Part shown: piece after piece, positions 11,549 through 19,558 of the stretch | Layout of the letters: each line of letters starts with the position of its first letter | Position numbering within the stretch: the first letter of the stretch is position 1 | DNA from: Acidobacteriota bacterium | GTDB lineage: Bacteria; Acidobacteriota; UBA6911; RPQK01; JAJDTT01 | DNA: 64,000 bases | NCBI GenBank assembly: GCA_965218775.1 | Contig: CBDCLS010000006.1 | Location: 962,071 to 1,026,070, forward strand | Direction of reading: 5' to 3' | Notes under the pieces: generated by a model | The model's database searches: none | What the model was told of the DNA's origin: nothing | What the model saw: only the letters and a program-made list of their open reading frames with translations | Position numbers and translations under genes: made by a program

Positions 11549-12547
11549 GCTTAGCGCCGCTATCCGAGTTCCCGGCTGGTTCTTCAGCGGGACCGGGAGA
11601 TAAACGGTGTCCTGGGTCACTCCGGCTTCTTCCAGACGAGCTGCTATCGACTGAATCTCTTCGTTGGACAGCTTCATGAGCGGCGGACGGACATGGGCGC
11701 TTTCTAGTCGCCCCAGCAAGACCAACGCTTCCTTCATTCGGTTGTGCATATCCAGAAAGGGTTCGCGGTAGAAGGCCCGAACCGTGGGATAGATCATGTC
11801 GTTAATAGCCTGAGCGGTCTTGAGATCCTTTCCCTTGACGGCCCGCACCAAGGCCACATGAAGGTTGGCGATGACGCTGCCGGCACCCGAGAGCAGACCA
11901 TCGCAGCCGAGAACCAGCGAGGCAAGCAGCCAGGCACTGTGGGTTGAGAGCACAGAAACCGGGCGGGTCAGCCCGTGAAGCTCTCGAATGTGTCGTTCGT
12001 GCAGGGCGGGGTCGTTGCACCAATCCTTGATGGCTCGGAGCGTAGGCACTTGCTGGCACAGCTCGATCAGCGTATCGAAGGGATAGCCCAACCCCGACGA
12101 CAGAGGATATTGAAACAGGATCAGGGGTAGCCGGGTGGCATTTGCGATCCGATCGAAGTGCTCCCTGGCCATCTCGGGCCGAAGCTGTCCCCCCCAATTC
12201 ATGCTCCCAGGAGGCAGGATCAAGAGCCCGTCTGCTCCTGCTGTTTCGGCCATACGTGCCAGGCGGCTTGCTTCGAGACTGGAGTCGGCCCAGATTCCCA
12301 CCACAATAGGCAGGGCACCTCCCAACTCGTCGCGGGCCAGGTCTAGAGATCGCTGCTGTTCTTCGAAGCTCAGCGCGTGAACCTCTGAGGCATGACCGTT
12401 GATGGTGATAGCCGCAATTCCCTCTACGCCTGCTAGATCACGAAGATGCGTCCGGTATGCTGTCTGATCGATCTCGAAGCTTGCGTCAAAAGGCATCAGG
12501 CAGGCAGGGATCACCCCTTGTGGGACGAAGTCTTCTGTTCCTGTCAT
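11546..12547 (-). CDS. DapA/DHDPS-family class I aldolase (N-acetylneuraminate lyase / 2-keto-3-deoxy-sugar-acid aldolase-like)
   Basis: 333-aa ORF. The TIM-barrel DapA family signature is shared by dihydrodipicolinate synthase and N-acetylneuraminate lyase. It neighbours a sialidase-like gene, which suggests a catabolic role. Confidence 0.75.
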   Translation of the reverse strand: MTGTEDFVPQGVIPACLMPFDASFEIDQTAYRTHLRDLAGVEGIAAITINGHASEVHALSFEEQQRSLDLARDELGGALPIVVGIWADSSLEASRLARMAETAGADGLLILPPGSMNWGGQLRPEMAREHFDRIANATRLPLILFQYPLSSGLGYPFDTLIELCQQVPTLRAIKDWCNDPALHERHIRELHGLTRPVSVLSTHSAWLLASLVLGCDGLLSGAGSVIANLHVALVRAVKGKDLKTAQAINDMIYPTVRAFYREPFLDMHNRMKEALVLLGRLESAHVRPPLMKLSNEEIQSIAARLEEAGVTQDTVYLPVPLKNQPGTRIAALS

Positions 12548-12780
12548 CTACTTATCTCCTCAGTTAGGATCCGCGTCCGGGCAGGGCATCGGCCGCCCTC
12601 GATCAGGTCTAGTAGAAAGTCATCGTCTGTCTCTGTCAACCCTCTCGAGAGGTAGAAGAAGGCGAATACCAGAGCGGAGTTTGAGACAGGTTGCGTTTCG
12701 AGGGGGCGAGGTGATGACTCCGGTCTAGCGGGGAGGGTGCGCCAGCGTGATAGGATTTCGGGAGGGGGTGGGAGAGGTAT

Positions 12781-13647
12781 TTGCCAATGTTGATCATCGA
12801 TTGCCATGCCCATGTTTATTCTCCAGACGAGGAACGTTACCAACCTACGCAGAATCCTCTACGGGTACCCGGTGGCGGAGGTTCCATCGAAGACCTTGGA
12901 AAGATCAGTCGGGACAACGGAGTCGCGGCGGTGCGTGCCGTCCAGACGGTTTCCTTCTACGGCTACGACAATCGTTATCTGTGCGACGTAGCCCGAACCC
13001 ATCCCGACTGGGTCTCTGGCGTCTGTACCCTCGATCCCGACGACCCGCATAGTCCCGGCTACTTGCAACAGTTCGTGCACGAGTCTCGGGTAGAGTCCCT
13101 GCGCAGCATTCCGGGACGTTCCAGGACTACATTTAACGATCAAGCCGTCCGTAGGCTTTGGAGGGAGGCGTCAGATCTCGGCATCACCGTAGACCTGTTT
13201 CTGATGGATCTGAAGTGGGTCGAAGGGGCCGTCAAGCTGTTGCAGGAGTTCTCAGATCTGACGGTTGCCTTCTGCCACTGTATGGACCTCAAACCCGGCC
13301 CGGCCTACGCAAAGACACTGGACCAGGTGCTACGGCTCGCGCGTTTCAAGAACCTGTATGCCAAGGTGGACTTCATCAGTACCGGTACCGAGAGGGGTTA
13401 CCCTGGTGACGACCTGCAGTCTGCGGCGCTCCAGATTATCGAGGCCTACGGCTCGGAGCGCTGTGTTTGGGGCAGCAACTATCCCAACCAGCTCTGGACG
13501 CCCAAACTGACCTATGCCGAGCACCTCCGGATCTTCAAGGAAGCTCTTCCTCTTAGTAGTCGGGCCCGGGCTGACGTCCTGGGGGAGACTGCCCGTCGAC
13601 TTTGGTTTCCGGAGCTGGAGCCCAGGGTTCCCGCGGCGCAGAACTGA
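12781..13647 (+). CDS. Amidohydrolase-2 family metal-dependent hydrolase (lactonase/decarboxylase-like TIM barrel)
   Basis: N-terminal IIDCHAHVY motif typical of the PF04909 family. 288 aa. Divergently transcribed from the DapA-like gene. Confidence 0.65.
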   Translation: MPMLIIDCHAHVYSPDEERYQPTQNPLRVPGGGGSIEDLGKISRDNGVAAVRAVQTVSFYGYDNRYLCDVARTHPDWVSGVCTLDPDDPHSPGYLQQFVHESRVESLRSIPGRSRTTFNDQAVRRLWREASDLGITVDLFLMDLKWVEGAVKLLQEFSDLTVAFCHCMDLKPGPAYAKTLDQVLRLARFKNLYAKVDFISTGTERGYPGDDLQSAALQIIEAYGSERCVWGSNYPNQLWTPKLTYAEHLRIFKEALPLSSRARADVLGETARRLWFPELEPRVPAAQN

Positions 13648-13881
13648 ACGAAGAGATGGCGGGAGAGTCAATGTGCGACCCCTCGCCAAGATGTTGTCTC
13701 AGTGCTCACACCGCTTATTCTTGGTTCCGCGGTGAGCCTGATGGAAAGGTGCCAGCTATTTCAGTACGATGCGCTCATGGTCCACCGTGATTCGACGGCT
13801 GGAGCGGCCTAAGGTGGTGTGAGATAAGATGCGAAAATGTGAAGTTATTCTTGCACGAACCCTTAACGAGTGCACTAGACG

Positions 13882-16800
13882 ATGTCTCTGATTAAGCGTC
13901 TTCTGACCGCCAACCGAAGCGAGATTGCGATTCGCGTGTTCCGCACCGCGCACGAGCTCGGTATTCGAACGGTTGCCCTGTATTCGCACGAAGATCGCTA
14001 TGCCCTACACCGCTTCAAGGCGGATGAGGCCTACTTGGTTGGGCGTCAGGGTGAGCCGCTGAAGTCCTATCTGAACATTGACCGAATTATCCAGTTGGCC
14101 CGGCGCCAGCGGATCGATGCCGTTCACCCGGGCTATGGCTTTCTCTCGGAAAACGCCGGTTTTGCGCGGGCTTGCGGGGAAGCGGGAATCATTTTCGTCG
14201 GACCACCACCAGAATTGTTGGAGCAGCTTGGGAACAAGGTAACAGCTCGCAAGGTGGCCCAGAAGTGCGGTGTGCCCGTACTTGCCGGCAGCGAACGGGC
14301 GATCCGCGATGTGGCCGACGGGAAGCGGCTATCTGGAAAACTGGGTTATCCGGTCATCTTGAAGGCTGCCCGCGGCGGCGGTGGTCGAGGGATGCGAATC
14401 GTGAGAAAGGCCGGCGAGTTTGCCGCCGCCTTCGAGGTAGCTCAGCGAGAGGCGCGGACTGCCTTCGACAGCAGCGACTTGCTCGTGGAGAAGTACGTCG
14501 AAAGGGCTCGGCACGTTGAGGTGCAGCTGCTGGGCGACAAACAGGGTTCCCTGGTTCATCTGTTCGAACGCGACTGTTCGGTGCAGCGGCGCCACCAGAA
14601 AGTCGTTGAAATCGCACCCGCACCCGCTCTGGGGGACGTACGAGACCAAATTTGTGAGGCTGCCCTGGCGATCGGGCGTGAGGTGAACTACGAGAACGCG
14701 GGGACGGTGGAGTTTCTGCTGGATGTCGATACCAACGAGTTCTACTTTATCGAAGTCAATCCGCGGATCCAGGTGGAGCATACCGTCACCGAACAAGTGA
14801 CGGGGATCGACATAGTGAAGTGTCAGATACTCATTGCTCAGGGCGCTTCGCTTTCCGATCCGGAAATAGGGCTGGCATCGCAGGCCAACGTGCGTACCAA
14901 TGGCTTCGCCGTGCAATGTCGGGTCACCACCGAAGATCCGGCCAACGATTTCCTGCCTGACCATGGGCGTATCTCGCATTATCGATCGGCTGCAGGAATG
15001 GGGATCCGACTCGACGCGGGCACCGCCTTCTCCGGTACCACGGTGACCCCCTTCTACGATTCGCTCCTGGTGAAGGTCACTGCGTGGGGGCACAGGTACC
15101 TCGACGCCACCCGGCGTATGGAGCGCAGCCTGCAGGAATTTCGGATTCGCGGAGTCAGAACCAATATCCCTTTCCTCAGCAAACTGATGGTGCATCCCTC
15201 ATTCGTAGCCGGGGGTTGTACGACGCGCTTCATCGATGAGACGCCCGAGCTGTTTAAGTTCCCTGAGCGTCGGGACCGAGCCACGAAGGTGCTGACGTTT
15301 CTTTCTGAGATGATCGTCAACGGCAACGCGCTGGTGAAGGATCGTCCCCGCGCCAGCCGGCGGACGCCGGCTCCGGTGCCTTCGTTCCACCTCGATCCAA
15401 GCGGAGGGCCTCGGGTGACTGTGGGCAGCGAACCGCTGTCGGTTGAATCGAGTCTGGATAGCCTCGCCTCCATTCCTTCCGGCACGCGCCAGCTTCTCGA
15501 ATCCCTGGGCCCGGAAGGCTTTGCGAAGTGGATCCTGGAGCAGGACCGTCTTCTGCTGACCGATACGACTTTTCGAGACGCCCACCAATCGCTGTTGGCT
15601 ACCCGCTTTCGTACCTCCGACCTGCTCAACATCGCCGAAACCTATGCCCGCCTCTGTCCCGGATTGTTCTCCCTCGAGATGTGGGGTGGTGCGACCTTCG
15701 ATACGGCGATGCGCTTCTTGAAGGAATGTCCCTGGGAGAGACTGGTCAGGTTACGAGGGCGGGTTCCGAACATCCTTTTCCAAATGCTTCTGAGGTCTTC
15801 CAACGCAGTCGGATACACCCACTATCCAGACAATGTCGTGAGGGAGTTCGTGGTGGAGGCAGCCGGAGCGGGTATCGACGTGTTCCGCATTTTCGATGCA
15901 CTCAATATCACCTCCAACATGCGTGTCGCGATGGAGGCGGTGCAGAAGACAGACAGGCTGTGCGAAGCTGCGATTTGCTACAGCGGAGATATCCTGGATC
16001 CTGATCGCACCAAGTACGACCTGCAGTATTATGTCGACCTGGCACGGCGTCTGGGAGGCATGGACGCCCACATCCTCGCGATCAAGGACATGGCTGGGTT
16101 ATGTAAGCCTTACGCTGCCCAGCTACTCGTCAAGACACTCAAGGAGGAGATCGGCATCCCCGTCCATTTTCACACTCACGACACCGCCGGCCTGCAGTCC
16201 GCCTCGATTCTCAAGGCTTCTGAGGCAGGAGTGGACATTGCCGATGCAGCGTTCGCGCCGCTTTCCGGAGGTACCTCGCAACCGAACCTGAACACGCTGG
16301 TCGAGTCACTCCGGTTCACGGGAAGGAACACTGGGCTTGCCGCCGATTCCCTCGACCTGATCGCCGAGTATTGGCAAGGGGTACGAGAGTTCTATCTGTC
16401 CTTCGAGAGTCCGGTGCCGGTAGCGGGAGCCGATCTCTATCGACACGAAATGCCTGGGGGGCAATATACGAACCTGATAGAGCAGGCACGCGCGCTCGAT
16501 CTGGCCGACCGTTGGCCCGCCGTCGGCCAGATGTACGCCGATGTAAATCAGATGCTGGGAGACATCGTGAAGGTCACACCCACTTCAAAAGCGGTGGGAG
16601 ATCTGGCGCTGTTCCTGGTTGCGAACGACCTTACCACCGAAGAGGTGTTGAGTGGAGAACGTGAACTGACCTTTCCCCAATCTGTCATCGATCTCCTGGA
16701 CGGCAGCATGGGACGGCCGAAGGGAGGTTTTCCCGCCAAGGTCCGCAAGCGGATTCTGGGCGACCGAAAGCCGGTCCGGGGAAGACCAGGGAATTTGCTG

Positions 16801-17391
16801 CCGGCTGCCGACTTCGATCAGGCGGCCGTCGAAGTCAGGCGGTTTCTCCGCCGCGAACCCAAACGTCGCGAGGTGGTTTCCTACCTACTCTATCCGGAAG
16901 TGTATCAGCAGTTTGTTGCCCACCAGCAGCGGTATTCCGACACCGGCGTGCTACCGACGCCTGTGTTCTTCTTCGGTATGGAGATGGACGAAGAAATCGC
17001 CGTTGAAATCGAATCGGGCAAGACCTTGATCATCAAGCTGATCACGGTCGGCGAACCCAATGCCGAGGGGCAGCGCACGGTCTTCTTCGAGCTGAATGGG
17101 CAGCCGCGCGAAGTGACCGTCCCCGACCGTTCCTTGAGGCGGCAGGTTTCCACCCGGGTCAAGGCTCAGCTCGGTGATTCTACTCAGATCGCCGCTCCCA
17201 TGCCCGGCATGGTCGTCAGTGTTGAGGTCCGTGAAAGGGAGCATGTGGTCAAAGGCCAGAAGCTGCTGACACTGGAGGCGATGAAGATGCAGACAGAAAT
17301 CGTCGCCGAGCACGAAGGCCAGATTGCCCGCCTCCTTGTCAGTCCGGGATCGCAGGTGGAAAGGAATGACCTGCTGCTTTCGCTGGGCTGA
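13882..17391 (+). CDS. pyc: Pyruvate carboxylase (single-chain biotin carboxylase + carboxyltransferase + biotinyl domain)
   Basis: 1169-aa ORF with a biotin carboxylase N-terminus (ANRSEIAIRVFR), a central HMGL-like TIM barrel and a C-terminal biotinylation motif EAMKMQ. Confidence 0.92.
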   Translation: MSLIKRLLTANRSEIAIRVFRTAHELGIRTVALYSHEDRYALHRFKADEAYLVGRQGEPLKSYLNIDRIIQLARRQRIDAVHPGYGFLSENAGFARACGEAGIIFVGPPPELLEQLGNKVTARKVAQKCGVPVLAGSERAIRDVADGKRLSGKLGYPVILKAARGGGGRGMRIVRKAGEFAAAFEVAQREARTAFDSSDLLVEKYVERARHVEVQLLGDKQGSLVHLFERDCSVQRRHQKVVEIAPAPALGDVRDQICEAALAIGREVNYENAGTVEFLLDVDTNEFYFIEVNPRIQVEHTVTEQVTGIDIVKCQILIAQGASLSDPEIGLASQANVRTNGFAVQCRVTTEDPANDFLPDHGRISHYRSAAGMGIRLDAGTAFSGTTVTPFYDSLLVKVTAWGHRYLDATRRMERSLQEFRIRGVRTNIPFLSKLMVHPSFVAGGCTTRFIDETPELFKFPERRDRATKVLTFLSEMIVNGNALVKDRPRASRRTPAPVPSFHLDPSGGPRVTVGSEPLSVESSLDSLASIPSGTRQLLESLGPEGFAKWILEQDRLLLTDTTFRDAHQSLLATRFRTSDLLNIAETYARLCPGLFSLEMWGGATFDTAMRFLKECPWERLVRLRGRVPNILFQMLLRSSNAVGYTHYPDNVVREFVVEAAGAGIDVFRIFDALNITSNMRVAMEAVQKTDRLCEAAICYSGDILDPDRTKYDLQYYVDLARRLGGMDAHILAIKDMAGLCKPYAAQLLVKTLKEEIGIPVHFHTHDTAGLQSASILKASEAGVDIADAAFAPLSGGTSQPNLNTLVESLRFTGRNTGLAADSLDLIAEYWQGVREFYLSFESPVPVAGADLYRHEMPGGQYTNLIEQARALDLADRWPAVGQMYADVNQMLGDIVKVTPTSKAVGDLALFLVANDLTTEEVLSGERELTFPQSVIDLLDGSMGRPKGGFPAKVRKRILGDRKPVRGRPGNLLPAADFDQAAVEVRRFLRREPKRREVVSYLLYPEVYQQFVAHQQRYSDTGVLPTPVFFFGMEMDEEIAVEIESGKTLIIKLITVGEPNAEGQRTVFFELNGQPREVTVPDRSLRRQVSTRVKAQLGDSTQIAAPMPGMVVSVEVREREHVVKGQKLLTLEAMKMQTEIVAEHEGQIARLLVSPGSQVERNDLLLSLG

Positions 17392-17692
17392 CCATCAACT
17401 CGAGAATTTTCTTAAGGTAAGGCTTCGCTGGAATCGAGACGATACAGATGGTTGCGGTGAGGGTAAAATGGAGGATTTACAAAGGCGAGTGAGTTTTCCA
17501 TCCTCACCGCGCTCCAGTTGCCGCTTAGGTTTTCTCTCCCACAGAACCGCTTCACATCGCCTGTCCGTTGCATGAAGACCTGCTAGGCTTACCCGCCTGA
17601 GTTTCACCTTGTCCCAGAACGAGGCAACCAGAAGGAACGGTTTTTCTATCGACTAGCGAGAGTTCAAGAGGGCCATCCCCGTGCCCGGGGAC

Positions 17693-17817
17693 GAGGAGGG
17701 TCAGGGGGACAGTGGCGCTTCCGTGAGATATAGCCACACACTGGGTCTTTGTTGGAAGGGAGTTTAAGAAAGGAGGCTGCATCTTCTTGCGGCTCCACTG
17801 TCCCCCTGACCTTCCTC
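17693..17817. repeat. Long hairpin: perfect 23-bp inverted repeat (gaggagggtcagggggacagtgg / ccactgtccccctgaccttcctc) around a 79-nt loop
   Basis: Read directly from the sequence. It sits in a roughly 1 kb non-coding stretch after pyc. Confidence 0.8.
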
Positions 17818-17998
17818 TTAACTACACCAGCCGATTCGCCGCCTGTCGCTACAGAGCGCTAGGCAGGCCCACCGAACTTTGAACCCGAGAAGATCTCGTA
17901 ACAACAACACCCGAATCCTTGTGCATAGTAGCACGGTGTGGTGATAGAAAATGGATGGCGGTGAGAGGCCGTAGGGTCCCGAATCAATTCCCACACCC

Positions 17999-18274
17999 CT
18001 AGTACAGCGTTCTGTAAATACCGATACGTTTGTGGCGAGCGCGACGGGTCGAGTTCGCGAAGCGACGCCGAACTCGATGCTTTGTATCTTGGAGGAGGCG
18101 CGACAAAGAAATCGGCGCGTCCCGTCGCCACCCGTAGGGCAGATGCGGGTTGCGGACGATCTCTGTGTGGGTCGTCGTCGAAGATGGCCAAGCATCGTCT
18201 TCCTCCTCCTGCCTTGATCTCGCCTCGCAAACCCCATCTGCAAACGTATCGGTATTTACAGAACGCTGTACTAG
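17999..18274. repeat. MITE-like palindromic element, copy A: 34-bp terminal inverted repeats (ctagtacagcgttctgtaaataccgatacgtttg) with a conserved core
   Basis: Perfect 34-bp terminal inverted repeats. The roughly 95-nt core (gggttgcgg.cgatctctg...tcgtcgtcgaagatggccaagcatcgtcttcctcctcctgccttgatctcgcctcgcaa.cccca) is shared with 39214-39493. Confidence 0.8.
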
Positions 18275-18362
18275 TAGGCAGGAACATGAATACTGCTACG
18301 TTGTGTAAATGGGGCTTGCGAGGCGAGATCGAGGAGGGATTCTACTAGCGACCAATCCCTCA

Positions 18363-18836
18363 TCATTCTCCGGAACGACGCACGCACAAGGCCCCGTGCC
18401 TGTAGGAGTAGGCGAGGTGGAGGTGGCTGCGCCTGCCGATGCCGAAATAGAAAAACCAGGCTCGATCCGAGCCTTCCTTGCTGGAACTCCAGGTGCAACA
18501 GCGGGTCAGCTTGAAGGGTGACCTGATTTTGTAGCGAGCCTCCATACTTGGATTGTGAAGTGCTTCCAACTCGTCAATGGTCGGCAATCTCCAGTCCGAA
18601 TGGCCTTCGAGCCTCAGATCCTCACAGTATCTCTTGGCTGAGGGCCAATCGATGTGGGCGCCATTGTCCTTTCTCGTCCACATCAGGCCGGTTTGAGAAT
18701 CCACGACCAGATCATCTGAGACGGCGGGTCGAGGCGGCTCCACACTCTTTGCCCCACCCACCGCCAGGGTGCTGCTGAGGAAAAGCAACACAGTACAAAT
18801 CGGGGTCAGAGTGATAGAACTTCGAGTGATTCTCAT
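18363..18836 (-). CDS. Secreted DUF1566 (Lcl C-terminal domain) family protein
   Basis: Signal peptide after the Met at 18836. Motifs GLMWTR and DWRLPTIDEL are typical of DUF1566. Confidence 0.55.
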   Translation of the reverse strand: MRITRSSITLTPICTVLLFLSSTLAVGGAKSVEPPRPAVSDDLVVDSQTGLMWTRKDNGAHIDWPSAKRYCEDLRLEGHSDWRLPTIDELEALHNPSMEARYKIRSPFKLTRCCTWSSSKEGSDRAWFFYFGIGRRSHLHLAYSYRHGALCVRRSGE

Positions 18837-18901
18837 TGGAACCTCCTTACTGTTGGGTCTATTGCATCCCGGACAATTCAATCAGCGATTGCCGTCGCAG
18901 G

Positions 18902-19090
18902 TCAGTGCTTCTTCTGAGCCGATAACGCGACGCCGATCGCCAAGCCCATAGCTACCCCAACGCCGACCCCAATGCCGACCCAGCTCCCCATACTGCCCGA
19001 CGCGGCTCCGATGCCAGCCCCGAGAGCCGAACCGAATCCTGCGCCAAGTGCCAAACAGACGCCAATCAGGTGGGACTTGTCCTTTGCCAT
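18902..19090 (-). CDS. Small glycine-zipper membrane peptide (62 aa)
   Basis: One hydrophobic segment with repeated GxxxG/AxxxG spacing (GAGFGSALGAGIGAASG...GIGVGVGVAMGLAIG). The C-terminus is KKH. Confidence 0.45.
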   Translation of the reverse strand: MAKDKSHLIGVCLALGAGFGSALGAGIGAASGSMGSWVGIGVGVGVAMGLAIGVALSAQKKH

Positions 19091-19148
19091 GAGGATCTCT
19101 CTCCTTTTCCAGAAATAGTGCCCACTTCAAGAATCAGGACGGTAGCGA

Positions 19149-19482
19149 TCACCTGTCCAGGAAAGCTAGAAAGGCGTCTCGGTTGTCGGAACGATCCTGC
19201 TCCGACCCCTCCGTTCCCTGGTAATGCGTGGTAAGGGCAAGGTGCCGAGCTTCCGCCTCCGCCGAAGCCTTTCTTACTGCCTGAAAAAACTGAAAATGCT
19301 GCCCCGCCTGCTCTTCCCTCCTCGCTCCATCCAGTTGTAGAACGTCCTCTCGCAGACTCCCGACATCTGAGCTCCACCTGGTTGTAGTTGCCATCCCTGA
19401 TCGCCTGGACGATCTTGTCTTGGACCTGTTTCGTCAGTTTTGCAGGACGGCCCATGTTCGGCATTCTAACTTGGTCGTACAC
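19149..19482 (-). pseudogene. Transposase-like remnant: HTH N-terminal fragment (MPNMGRPAKLTKQVQDKIVQAIRDG) followed by a frame-shifted coiled-coil segment
   Basis: Two overlapping short ORFs in different frames. The N-terminus resembles IS3-type OrfA / terminase-small-subunit HTH. No intact transposase follows. Confidence 0.35.
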
Positions 19483-19558
19483 CCCTCAGGCCCGCTTGAC
19501 CGGTTAAGATTTCCTGTCCCCCCGCTTGCGGGGCCGTCCTCCCTTTTTCCGTTCCCCA

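Noticed and set aside
12544-12843. 99-aa minus-strand ORF spanning the divergent promoter region between the DapA-like and amidohydrolase genes.
   Set aside because: It lies in a promoter spacer, overlaps the amidohydrolase start, and has a proline-rich, low-complexity sequence.
17818-18348. Short ORFs inside MITE copies that look conserved between 17.9 kb and 39.3 kb (RRDQGRRRKTMLGHLRRR; WGLRGEIKAGGGRRCLAIFDDD).
   Set aside because: The conservation is at the nucleotide level of a palindromic repeat. The frames run on both strands and there are no start or RBS signals, so they are most likely non-coding.
19066-19482. Whether an intact transposase is present beside hsdR.
   Set aside because: Only a roughly 30-aa HTH-like N-terminus is followed by frame changes. 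There is no DDE or other catalytic region, so it was called a pseudogene remnant rather than a functional IS.
17392-19558. Searched for a direct repeat of the tRNA-Lys 3' end and for an integrase to delimit the island.
   Set aside because: No convincing match of 15 nt or more to tggtgagccgccagggaatcgaacc was seen by eye, and no tyrosine or serine recombinase ORF is present. The island boundary therefore remains hypothetical.
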